In this document: positions 46,174 to 55,289 of the stretch, piece by piece | Layout: the number at the start of each line of letters is the position of its first letter | Numbering within the stretch: position 1 is the first letter of the stretch | DNA from: a virus | Lineage: Duplodnaviria; Caudoviricetes | DNA: 64,000 nt | Direction: 5' to 3' (one strand) | IMG/VR virus record: IMGVR_UViG_3300033121_001571 | Made by a program: the position numbers and the translations under genes | The notes under the pieces: generated by a model | Seen by the model: only the letters and a program-made list of their open reading frames with translations | Database searches by the model: none | Told to the model about the DNA's origin: nothing

Positions 46174-46461
46174 TCAGAAGTCCTTACCAGTGAAAGAATA
46201 GTGCTTACGAAGCAAGTTAAACAGAGTTCTTGCTTGGTGACCATTTAACCGAAGCTCAGAGTATAACCCATCTACGTTATCAAGAAACAACGTAGTTGAA
46301 TTCACACCCTGATCAGTCCTAATCGCAGCGTTAAATGCATTAGGATCTCTCCTCGTTGTCTCTGAACGAACTCGACCATTTCGATCTAGTCTTGAAACTA
46401 GACGCGCCTGCTTGTTTGCAGTGACATGTCTCTTACTTCTCTTAGTTCTCTTAGTTGCCAT
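46174..46461 (-). CDS. Small, highly basic protein (putative nucleic-acid binder)
   Basis: MATKRTKRSKRH... Arg/Lys-rich; SD GGAG. Confidence 0.7.
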   Translation of the reverse strand: MATKRTKRSKRHVTANKQARLVSRLDRNGRVRSETTRRDPNAFNAAIRTDQGVNSTTLFLDNVDGLYSELRLNGHQARTLFNLLRKHYSFTGKDF

Positions 46462-46544
46462 TTTGACTAACTCCAGTTGCTCTTTGTTGAAGAGTTAAAA
46501 TAAGATTAATGCACCTTTACGCACTGTTTAACACTTTAATCACA

Positions 46545-46616
46545 CGAGAATAATCTTCATCATTGTATGTATACAACTACACAAGAAGCTCAAATAATAT
46601 TCTGAGTGTATTCTCG
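46545..46616. repeat. Intergenic element copy 2
   Basis: CAAATAATATTCTGAGTGT at 46591-46609; inverted repeat CGAGAATA/TATTCTCG. Confidence 0.5.
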
Positions 46617-46635
46617 CACTACTAACTAAGGCAAA

Positions 46636-47172
46636 TTATTGCTTGCTATGCTTGCTATCGTATCTCTCTTTGAGAGAAAAATATTTCTTATTGCTGTCAA
46701 CAGAAGTTTCTTCGACTTTTTGAGTTTCAAACTTCTTTATAGCTTTTTTCAACTCAGAAACCCTGTTATCAGTCTTCACTTCTGTCTTTTCAAGAACAAC
46801 TTTGACAGATGGAACGTTGTGTGTTTTGTTGTTAACAATAACGCTCTCAGTCACACATTTCACAGGAACTTTGAATTGAACTGGAAAAGAACAAGGAACA
46901 AAAAATCTACCTTCTACGACCATCTCAACAGAACACTCATAAGTTGTTTCAGGTTTCACAGACTCAACTAAAGACGGGACAACAAATGAAAGAGAATCTT
47001 GACCAGATACTCTACCAGAGAATGCTATGCTTTTATCTTCGGACAATTTTAACAACAATCTACTCATAGTAGGATTTTGATTTGTTCCTTGAACCGCAAC
47101 CTTAAATGTCAGATCGTTGTTTTCATCAATAACGAGTTGAATAACATCTTTCTCGCTGTCTTCGAAATTCAC
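46636..47172 (-). CDS. Hypothetical virion-module protein
   Basis: Start moved to GTG 47172, 5 nt after ATACATA. Confidence 0.65.
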   Translation of the reverse strand: MNFEDSEKDVIQLVIDENNDLTFKVAVQGTNQNPTMSRLLLKLSEDKSIAFSGRVSGQDSLSFVVPSLVESVKPETTYECSVEMVVEGRFFVPCSFPVQFKVPVKCVTESVIVNNKTHNVPSVKVVLEKTEVKTDNRVSELKKAIKKFETQKVEETSVDSNKKYFSLKERYDSKHSKQ

Positions 47173-47183
47173 AAATATATGTA

Positions 47184-47555
47184 TCACTTACTACGCGTTA
47201 TAGAAATCTTAATGTCTGATTTCGAATTTTCAACTTCATTAAGTTTACTTTTGACTCTCGGAGAAGGCACCTCTGGATCAATATTGAGGACGTCAGTACC
47301 TTTGATTGACATCATAGAAAAATTCTCAGTATTCACCGTCATTAACTTTGCATAAACAGTTACTCTAAATGGTTTTCTCTTACCCGATTGTCCTCTTCGT
47401 AATCTTCTTCTTAACAGATCAATAGCGTCATTGTCTGTGGCTGCAGCTTCAACAAACAACTCTGAAACAAAACCTTGTACTGCAATGTGAAGTGGATCAT
47501 TGTCTAAGCCACTTGATATTCCCATCAAAGCTATTGAACGTGAATTTAAAGTCAT
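47184..47555 (-). CDS. Hypothetical protein
   Basis: ORF within the structural operon. Confidence 0.65.
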   Translation of the reverse strand: MTLNSRSIALMGISSGLDNDPLHIAVQGFVSELFVEAAATDNDAIDLLRRRLRRGQSGKRKPFRVTVYAKLMTVNTENFSMMSIKGTDVLNIDPEVPSPRVKSKLNEVENSKSDIKISITRSK

Positions 47556-47560
47556 GTCAC

Positions 47561-48217
47561 CTAGACTCTCGTCACAGTGACAGTCTGCGTTCCAGAGTCT
47601 TCAGATATAGTTTGATTGATGTCACTTCCATTGGAAGGAACTTTTCTCGATGTTGGCGTAACAACAAGAGGTTTTGTTGGATCAAGACCCATCAATTTGT
47701 ATATCTCTAATAACATAGTTGCTTGTTCTGAAGTCAGACCAGTGTTTGACACAAGCACATCTAAGTTATCTAAATTTGTTGCTCTAGTTGTTGTGTAACC
47801 CTGTGCAGTCAGTGCTGCTTGCACGGTCGCTTGATCAATTCCTCCCACGGTCACTGCAATAGCAGCAGAAGATCTTTCAATGATCACAGTGACTGTGTAA
47901 TCACCTACCGTTGGAACAAACATAGAACCTGAAGGATTAAGAGAGTAAAGATTACCTTCAATTCTAAGTTCGTGATCTGACTCTTGTGGTCGAATTGTCC
48001 AACCATCAACTGTGTTCAAAAAGATATATGGAGCAATCGATTGTGTTGCTGAAATTGGATCACCTGCAACGCTAGTGAAAGCATAGATGTACTTGCTGTT
48101 GTCACTGATCATAACCCAGTCTTTCCAACGCGAATAAAGATCTTTAACTGTGAAAGAAACAGTACCAGAAGTAAGCGTGATTAATTTTGCACTCCCATCA
48201 AAGTTATATCCCATCAA
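47561..48217 (-). CDS. Putative virion structural protein
   Basis: N-terminus VKDLYSRWKDW resembles LKCLYSFLKEEW of 51479-53140. Confidence 0.6.
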   Translation of the reverse strand: MMGYNFDGSAKLITLTSGTVSFTVKDLYSRWKDWVMISDNSKYIYAFTSVAGDPISATQSIAPYIFLNTVDGWTIRPQESDHELRIEGNLYSLNPSGSMFVPTVGDYTVTVIIERSSAAIAVTVGGIDQATVQAALTAQGYTTTRATNLDNLDVLVSNTGLTSEQATMLLEIYKLMGLDPTKPLVVTPTSRKVPSNGSDINQTISEDSGTQTVTVTRV

Positions 48218-48228
48218 TCACCATCTTG

Positions 48229-51200
48229 TCATGAATTTAGATACTGCCTGTCTATGACTTGTGATACTGGAATTGTCAACCCTGATGACCCCAGTGATTG
48301 TGACAAGTATCTAGTGTTTTGGTAACCCAGTGACAACACTGATATGTCCACAGTTGGATATGTTGTAGCATCAATGTTTGCAGTGAATGTACCAGAAGTA
48401 ACGTCTTCTTGCCCAGTGATTTCTGTTCTTGTGTTGTAGTTGTAGACTCTAACCTCTGAAGGATTTCGTAAGTTTGTCAACGTGAGTGGCAACAGATCAA
48501 GAGGATATTCTGCCTGTCTAGAGCCAGTTGTGCTATTCGTGATAAAGTAAAAAGATGTGATAGCTGTAACGTTTGGAACTCTTGTCTTAAATCTAATCTT
48601 CATCTTGAATCCATTAGATGGATTGATAGAAGATGAAAGTTCAGATGGAAGATAGTTGAATTGTAAGTCACCAGACACAGTGCCAGTCGTCTTCTGATCA
48701 ACTACTACTGTTGTAGAGTTTGTTATTTGAGTTACTTTTGAACCTTGAGCTACGTTTGTTCCCCACACATAATCTCCAACAGAAACACCGTTAGTACTTA
48801 ACATTGATATGCTAGTTGAATCAACACCCGCTGATCCAGATGGAACTATGAATGATAAGTTCTTGTAAGAGCCGCTGAATCCCAACCCGTCATTTTTGTC
48901 CATTTGATACGTGATCTCATAGTTGTTAATGGAGCTAGCACCAGCCATCACAGGTTGAACCATTGGAAAGTTCGCGTGGCCCAAGAAATAATACGGAGAC
49001 GTGAACTCGATAATCGTACCGCTAGTTGGCATGTATAGACCGCCTGCAGACGTAAATGAAGCTGAGCCAGTTGTAACTGAATACTGGCTTGAAGTGTCAG
49101 ACGTTGACTCATTCATCAATAATCCAATTCTACCAGATTGTGACTCAAACACTAAGTTTCCGTTTGTTGCACCTGTGTTTGTGCAAGTAAATGTAAAACT
49201 TGTTGACAGCGGCGTAGACGCAGCAGTGATAGTCTTGCTTCCAAGGTTTATTGCACCAGATTGTGAAGAAGAAAGAACAGTTATCAACAGACCAGTTCTT
49301 TTGTTATGTACAATTGAAGAAGTGACTGTTGCAGTAGTAGTCACTCTTGACCAAGAAGCAGTGATTGGACCGATCGGATCACAAACAAAGTGATCAAACC
49401 AGTGTGTTCCATAACAAGACGTCTGCGCAGTGTAAGGCAACGTAGCATAAACTGACTTGTGATATCCATTTAGAATTGGAGTTACTGGTGCATTAATGTA
49501 GTCACCCTGAACATTTTCTAATGTGATATTTTTATGAGAGTTATCAGACGTGTAAAGATTTGTTCGAGTGTGTGGTGTGTAACAACGTTTTACTTCTACG
49601 TTATTTGATGCTGCACCAGCAACAAGAACAAACAAGTTAGCAGACATCGTAGGATAATAAGTGAGTGTTCCGTTAGTGCCGCCGCTGTTTGTTGCTGCAA
49701 ATTGAAACTGCGTAGTTGACGGTGCAGCAGTAAGAGTCTTGCTTCCCACCGGGATTGGAGTTGTGTCAGAACACTGTAAAACATATACGATATCTCCTGT
49801 CTTTAGACCGTGTGCAACTGAAGAAGTGACTGTTGCAGTAGTAGTCACTCTTGACCATGACTGCCCATCTCTTTGAGATCCACCAAGATCAAGAGAACCA
49901 GTTTTTGATCCCAAGTTTCTTAACTTAACACTGGTACATCCTGCTGTACCAACGTTCAATATACCAGAATAAGGTTGTACTAAGTTTAATCCACCAAATG
50001 ATAAACCGTCTATCTTTATGGAAGAACAAGCAGTTGCAAGATCAAAAGCAAACATAGGGTTAGAGGTAGTTGTAGTTGACACTGCGGTATCAAAGTAAAC
50101 AGTGTTGTTAAATGTCAAACCTGTGCAAGTTGTCAACAAAAATCTTCCAAGACCATGAGTGCAACTGTTAAATGTACAATTTGCAACTCTTGTCAGCGTT
50201 GCACAACCAGTAGTTGCGTTGCCCCTAGCAACAAATGAAAATAATTTGACTCTTGTCCAAACAACATTAGAAACGTCTGTTAAAGATAGAACGTATCTAC
50301 CAGATGCTGCTAAAGTCGCAGAAGTAAAAGTAGAGTCAGATACAGTACCCCCTGCAAAACAAAGTGTCATAGATAAACCAAATGCAGCAGTCGCGGCTTC
50401 TTGTCCTACACCAACTTGGTTCCACGCAATAGACGAAGCTATCTCTTGGACAAGAAGCTGAGACATAGTGCAAAAATTTGTCAATGAAACAGAATACGGC
50501 TGAGTGAATGAGGCATACCAATTCATAGCAGCGATATCGATATCAATAACGCCACCACCGGTAGTAGTAAAATCGTACCTAGTTGCTAACGTTGCGTTTG
50601 GTAAAACGTTCGCTGTTGGTGTTGCCGCAGTACAACACATGAATAAAACATTAGGGATTCTAATGTTAAGACCTGCTGTTGGAAGAAAACCACCAGTGTT
50701 GTTAGTTCCATCATGTTGAAATCTGACAACACCTGCAGTTGATATCCAACAACACTTTCCTCGAAAATCAGTTGCAACGTTTGCTGATGTTGCAGTTAAT
50801 GACCCTGCACAGGGATAAAATTCATACTGTCCAGAACCAACTGACGTTTCTACCCAAACACCCGGACAATAGACGATTGAACCATTACTTGGAATCTGAT
50901 ACGTGTCCGTGTTTGCACCCGTTGTCGTTCCTAAACTATACCAAGCACCTCTGACTTTAAAAGTGTTTAATCTGTTAACGGTTGCTGTAAGAGCATCAAC
51001 ACCAACTATCTCGATCCAGCCGACTGTGTCTGCGCCTGTTGCTGTAGCACCAATGCCAGATAGAGCTCCGGCAGCAAATGCAACACTGTTCCATTGTTTG
51101 ATCTTTATGAATCCTGACGCGGGCATAGCTGCACCAGCAGCAGTCGGCGCAGCTGTCAACGCAGAGTAAACGCCAATCAACAACCCGCTAGCAGAACCTT

Positions 51201-51468
51201 GTGAAATAGTAGTGTTACTTGCAGGTACGTTTCCCGTGCCTGTGTTATAAGGAATCAGTCTAACATTGACACCTGTAAACTCAATCGTACCACCAAGTGT
51301 TGCTGACATAGTGATGTTACCCATAGCAGCAGACGTGTTGTTGTTTGTACCATATCTCGAGTCTTGATCTACTGTAAGATATCCACCGTTAATGTTGTAA
51401 GTGTCTGAACCAGTTTTTGCTGCTAAAGTGTCAATGTTAACACTTGTTGTAATTGCAAATGTAGCCAT
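48229..51468 (-). CDS. Large Thr/Ser/Gly-rich virion fibre or spike protein
   Basis: 1079 aa, beta-rich, with two internal repeat domains starting SWSRVTTTATVTSS..H....G. Confidence 0.65.
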   Translation of the reverse strand: MATFAITTSVNIDTLAAKTGSDTYNINGGYLTVDQDSRYGTNNNTSAAMGNITMSATLGGTIEFTGVNVRLIPYNTGTGNVPASNTTISQGSASGLLIGVYSALTAAPTAAGAAMPASGFIKIKQWNSVAFAAGALSGIGATATGADTVGWIEIVGVDALTATVNRLNTFKVRGAWYSLGTTTGANTDTYQIPSNGSIVYCPGVWVETSVGSGQYEFYPCAGSLTATSANVATDFRGKCCWISTAGVVRFQHDGTNNTGGFLPTAGLNIRIPNVLFMCCTAATPTANVLPNATLATRYDFTTTGGGVIDIDIAAMNWYASFTQPYSVSLTNFCTMSQLLVQEIASSIAWNQVGVGQEAATAAFGLSMTLCFAGGTVSDSTFTSATLAASGRYVLSLTDVSNVVWTRVKLFSFVARGNATTGCATLTRVANCTFNSCTHGLGRFLLTTCTGLTFNNTVYFDTAVSTTTTSNPMFAFDLATACSSIKIDGLSFGGLNLVQPYSGILNVGTAGCTSVKLRNLGSKTGSLDLGGSQRDGQSWSRVTTTATVTSSVAHGLKTGDIVYVLQCSDTTPIPVGSKTLTAAPSTTQFQFAATNSGGTNGTLTYYPTMSANLFVLVAGAASNNVEVKRCYTPHTRTNLYTSDNSHKNITLENVQGDYINAPVTPILNGYHKSVYATLPYTAQTSCYGTHWFDHFVCDPIGPITASWSRVTTTATVTSSIVHNKRTGLLITVLSSSQSGAINLGSKTITAASTPLSTSFTFTCTNTGATNGNLVFESQSGRIGLLMNESTSDTSSQYSVTTGSASFTSAGGLYMPTSGTIIEFTSPYYFLGHANFPMVQPVMAGASSINNYEITYQMDKNDGLGFSGSYKNLSFIVPSGSAGVDSTSISMLSTNGVSVGDYVWGTNVAQGSKVTQITNSTTVVVDQKTTGTVSGDLQFNYLPSELSSSINPSNGFKMKIRFKTRVPNVTAITSFYFITNSTTGSRQAEYPLDLLPLTLTNLRNPSEVRVYNYNTRTEITGQEDVTSGTFTANIDATTYPTVDISVLSLGYQNTRYLSQSLGSSGLTIPVSQVIDRQYLNS
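49315..49857. repeat. 39-bp exact direct repeat, 504 bp apart
   Basis: TGAAGAAGTGACTGTTGCAGTAGTAGTCACTCTTGACCA at 49315-49353 and 49819-49857. Confidence 0.9.
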
Positions 51469-51478
51469 TGATTAATCA

Positions 51479-53140
51479 TCATGGGTTACTGTAGTTACGC
51501 TCAAGAGCTGCAACTAGTGAGATAGAGTTTGCTGTTGATCTTGCTATCGTTCCTTGTGCTCTAACGTATTGTCCAGTACTCAATCCAATTCCTATTGCAG
51601 TAATCGTTGCATCAGTACCTGCTGTACGTCCACCTTGAACGTTACCATCGTAGTTAAACGTACGTTGAATTGATGTTTGTGAAGATATTGAACCAGACAT
51701 ATCTGCACCGTCATTGTCATCAACAATCAAAGCTCCAGACTCTCCGAAATCATTTCCCGCTCCTGGGAGGGTGGTGAAATACACCCAATACTTTGCGGAT
51801 GCATCTGATGATAAGTTTGTACCAAAGTTAATTGTTAACACTGCAACGTATGGATACGTTCTGTTTGTTGCACCGTTATCTCTGAACGTAAGTCTGTTTG
51901 TATCAGACGAAGAAAATCCTTCAATGATAACACCAGAACCACCGCCTGCTGGGTTTGTTGGACTTAACGTTCCTGCTTCAAGAGTATCACCAACGAATCT
52001 CAATAACAAATCTGCAGTCTTACCTGTCACAGAAACAGATCCCGTTGCAATTGAATTGATATTTCTGTTCTGTCGCAACAAGAACTGAACTTTTTCATAG
52101 ATCTGTTCAGCCGTAGCACCAAGAGAAGCACTCTTGTAAAGGGTGAAAGAAGCTGACGTCTGAGATGCTGGAAATGTCGTGGTGATATTGATCATATTTC
52201 TGGCTTGCGGCACGCCACCGTTTAAGTTGTATGTACCTTTTGCAGACCCGCTGTGGATCTTAAGTGTTCCACCGACAAAGTTTGATCCAGAGATTCCACC
52301 CGCAGAAGATGTCAACGTGTTCTGACCAGACGTAAACACACCGTCTACTCCTGAATGTGTTCCTGCATCAATCACAATACCGAAAGATCTAGCGTTGTTT
52401 GTAGTATCAACGTCTCTCTTGAAAGATCCAGTGAAATACCTTACATTGATCTCGTTGTACGGAGTAGAACCGGAGACGCTTGTGTCAGCGTTAGTAACTT
52501 TAAGATCTGTGCCAGTACCAATAGGAAATCTATATGCAATAGAATCCATTGACGTAACACCGATGTCCGTCAAGTTGGCATCGTCGTATGTCTGTGCATA
52601 CTCACGAACGAAGATCTTAAATGACGTTCTTCTATCAAATCCGTCTGTGTAGTTGCCATCTCCATTAGGATCTGACAAAACTTGCACAGCTTGATTCACT
52701 TGTCCAGTCAATTGAATGTTAACAGAGCCAGAACCTTGATCATAGTAAAGCTGATCGTCTGATTCAATAGAACCCAAACCTATGATACCCGACCATTTTT
52801 GTGTCGTTGAACCAGACACGTTCTTAACAGTCCATCCAGCAGTCCTAATCAGATATCTTGCAGTATCATTCAAAAAATCCCACCCATCAACAAACTCGAA
52901 TGACTCGTCTGTGATTGGTACCATTGGAAACGGATAAGCGGCTAAATTTTTGTTATTTGGATCGTTACGCCACTCTTCTTTCAAGAAAGAGTATAAACAC
53001 TTAAGAGTCACACCGTCAGTGCTAAGACTGCCTGTGGTCACTAATTTGATAGTGCCAGATGCAGGATTAATGTACACTTCTTTTGTGCTGTCGTCAGCTG
53101 CAGAATCATTCAAGCTGTCGGGATCTGTCAGTAGCGTCAT
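51479..53140 (-). CDS. Putative virion structural protein
   Basis: 553 aa, Ser/Thr/Gly-rich, first gene after the capsid terminator; ATATTTA upstream. Confidence 0.65.
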   Translation of the reverse strand: MTLLTDPDSLNDSAADDSTKEVYINPASGTIKLVTTGSLSTDGVTLKCLYSFLKEEWRNDPNNKNLAAYPFPMVPITDESFEFVDGWDFLNDTARYLIRTAGWTVKNVSGSTTQKWSGIIGLGSIESDDQLYYDQGSGSVNIQLTGQVNQAVQVLSDPNGDGNYTDGFDRRTSFKIFVREYAQTYDDANLTDIGVTSMDSIAYRFPIGTGTDLKVTNADTSVSGSTPYNEINVRYFTGSFKRDVDTTNNARSFGIVIDAGTHSGVDGVFTSGQNTLTSSAGGISGSNFVGGTLKIHSGSAKGTYNLNGGVPQARNMINITTTFPASQTSASFTLYKSASLGATAEQIYEKVQFLLRQNRNINSIATGSVSVTGKTADLLLRFVGDTLEAGTLSPTNPAGGGSGVIIEGFSSSDTNRLTFRDNGATNRTYPYVAVLTINFGTNLSSDASAKYWVYFTTLPGAGNDFGESGALIVDDNDGADMSGSISSQTSIQRTFNYDGNVQGGRTAGTDATITAIGIGLSTGQYVRAQGTIARSTANSISLVAALERNYSNP

Positions 53141-53247
53141 CTAGGTTTCTCTCGTCTAAATATGAAACATTTCTGTAGGTGTATAGTCAAACTTAAATTT
53201 CAGCACACAAAACACTTTATGAGACACTTTATTTTTTCTTTATAGGC

Positions 53248-53311
53248 TTCTGTGTTTACCACCCAAATAATATTCTGTGTGTCACGTGTGGGCACAAACA
53301 ATGGCACAGAA
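53248..53311. repeat. Intergenic element copy 3
   Basis: CAAATAATATTCTGTGTGT at 53264-53282; inverted repeat TTCTGTG/CACAGAA. Confidence 0.5.
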
Positions 53312-53345
53312 AAGAAACGGACCAGCCTAAGATATAGGCTGGTCC
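53308..53345 (-). terminator. Rho-independent terminator after the major capsid gene
   Basis: 11-bp stem GGACCAGCCTA/TAGGCTGGTCC followed by GTTTCTTTTCT on the minus strand. Confidence 0.85.
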
Positions 53346-53366
53346 TCTATGTCAAGCTAAGTTAAC

Positions 53367-55262
53367 TTAGATGATGTTCATGTCGGTGACGGTGACTGTA
53401 CCGAAGAAGTCGGAGCGAACCATCTTCTTACCGTACCTTGTCATCACGCCCTTCCTTGGGACAAAGTCCTCAGTATTGTAGAGCGTTGGAGTCACAATCA
53501 ATGGAACGTATGGTGCGTATACGTATCCTGTCTCAAGAGGACTGCCGCCCTTGTAACCGACCAAGACCTTGTTACGAGGGAATGCAGCATCTTTGTACAC
53601 GGTGAATCTGTTAGAAACAGAACCAATTGACTCACATCCGATTGTGAATGGTGCTGAAACTTGACCATCGCCATCAACAGTGAACTTTGACTTCCAGAGC
53701 GTGCTCTGTTCAAAGATTGTTGCAACGTCTGGACCACAGACTAAGAAGTTAGCTGAACCTCTCAACGTCTTACGTTGAATTGTGTTTGCTACGTCAACGC
53801 AGGTCTCCACAAGACCCTCGTACCACTCTCTGATCGTACCAGTGAATGCTGGTCCAATTGACAGCGAGTTTGCAAGCTGCTGCACTTGACCAGTTACCTT
53901 GTTAAGGAACTTACCAGGAGCACGTGACCAGTAGTAGTTTGCACCGTTTGCCTGAGTCACGAGATCTTGTAAGATCTCCTTGTCAATCTCAAGAGCAATC
54001 TGCTGAGACAAGATGCTCGTCAACTCGACCTCTGCATCCAACTGGTGGTATGCATTTAGGTCTTGCGCAAGCTCTGGTGACCAGCGTGCTCTCAACTTAC
54101 GAGTGACTGCTGTTATAGGAATTGACTCAATCTTGATATCAACTTCTGGAATTGCTGGAGATGGTGTAGAACCAAAGTCAGTTTCAAAGCTTGGGATCGT
54201 AAGAGTTGCACCAGAAGTTGAGTCTACTGACAATGCGTCTGCGATTGCCATTGACATCTTCTGAGTTGCAGAACCCATTGCAGGTACTGAACCACCGTTT
54301 GACAGTCTGATGACTAACTGGATGTGAGTTCCATCAAGAGGTGCAGGAGTAAACACTGATCCAGTCCAGTTACCTCTCTTGTTGAGTCTTCTCAAGTTGA
54401 GAATACCCTTACCAGACTGATAAGACTCACCCCATTCTAGAGCACCGTTAGTTGTTGCAAAACCAAAGAGTGCAATCTGATCAACGGCGCTGAAATCACC
54501 CTTTGTGATCTTGCTGCTGATGTCTGTCACTGCAAAGTGAACAAACGTAACATCAAGGTTATTTGCTGCAACGTCAGACTCAACCTGAGGATCGTAGCCT
54601 AACATTCTTGCGTTCGTACCAGAGAAATCATTTGAAGAAGCAACGATACCACCAGCTGTCCATGCTTCAGAAGCACCCGTCCAAGCACCCAAGTTCAAAC
54701 CTGAACCAGACAACGTCAATGTGCCTGAGTGAACCTTGGTGTAACCAGTGTTAACGAGATCATACATACCACCAGCTGCAAGAGATCCTGACTGGACACC
54801 TTTGCCTGCTGGGTTGTTGTAAAGAGACTGACCTCTCATGTAAGTCTCAGATGCAGGGCTACTTGTTGGGATAGCTGCAGCTTCACCACCAACGTTCGTT
54901 CCGAACGTATAATCAAGATAGAAGATAAGTCCAGAAGGAAGACTCATTGGTTGAATTGAGACTAACTCATTTGCAACTAATCCACCGAATACTCTTCTGA
55001 TGATTGGGAATGCAATGTTGCTAAATCCCTGGATCTGTCCAGAAGAAGTAACAGCACCACCACCAGTTGACAATGACGCAGACTCCTTTAGAATCTGTGC
55101 TGCCTGGTTCTCAAACAACTGTGCTAGAGTCGTGCGCTTGTGAGCGTCAAGACCCTTCAAGAGACCTGTCTTGTTCCACTTCTCAACTAACTTTGCTCGC
55201 TCGACATCAACATTTCTTTCCTTGATGCCTGCTGTTAGCTGCTCTAACGTGATTTTATTCAT
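53367..55262 (-). CDS. Major capsid protein (T4 gp23-like)
   Basis: KW...GLL.GL, FENQ, FPIIRRVF, VSIQPMSLPSGLIFYLD, TRKLRARWSPELAQDL..YH.LDAEVEL, GYVYAPYVPL, PRKGVMTRYG. Confidence 0.97.
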   Translation of the reverse strand: MNKITLEQLTAGIKERNVDVERAKLVEKWNKTGLLKGLDAHKRTTLAQLFENQAAQILKESASLSTGGGAVTSSGQIQGFSNIAFPIIRRVFGGLVANELVSIQPMSLPSGLIFYLDYTFGTNVGGEAAAIPTSSPASETYMRGQSLYNNPAGKGVQSGSLAAGGMYDLVNTGYTKVHSGTLTLSGSGLNLGAWTGASEAWTAGGIVASSNDFSGTNARMLGYDPQVESDVAANNLDVTFVHFAVTDISSKITKGDFSAVDQIALFGFATTNGALEWGESYQSGKGILNLRRLNKRGNWTGSVFTPAPLDGTHIQLVIRLSNGGSVPAMGSATQKMSMAIADALSVDSTSGATLTIPSFETDFGSTPSPAIPEVDIKIESIPITAVTRKLRARWSPELAQDLNAYHQLDAEVELTSILSQQIALEIDKEILQDLVTQANGANYYWSRAPGKFLNKVTGQVQQLANSLSIGPAFTGTIREWYEGLVETCVDVANTIQRKTLRGSANFLVCGPDVATIFEQSTLWKSKFTVDGDGQVSAPFTIGCESIGSVSNRFTVYKDAAFPRNKVLVGYKGGSPLETGYVYAPYVPLIVTPTLYNTEDFVPRKGVMTRYGKKMVRSDFFGTVTVTDMNII

Positions 55263-55289
55263 TTTCTTATCTCCGTAACTAAACTAAGA

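Noticed and set aside
24828-54754. Numerous 60-190-aa plus-strand ORFs opposite the tape measure, sheath, fibre and capsid genes
   Set aside because: These are antisense shadows of strongly biased coding sequence, with no motifs or initiation signals.
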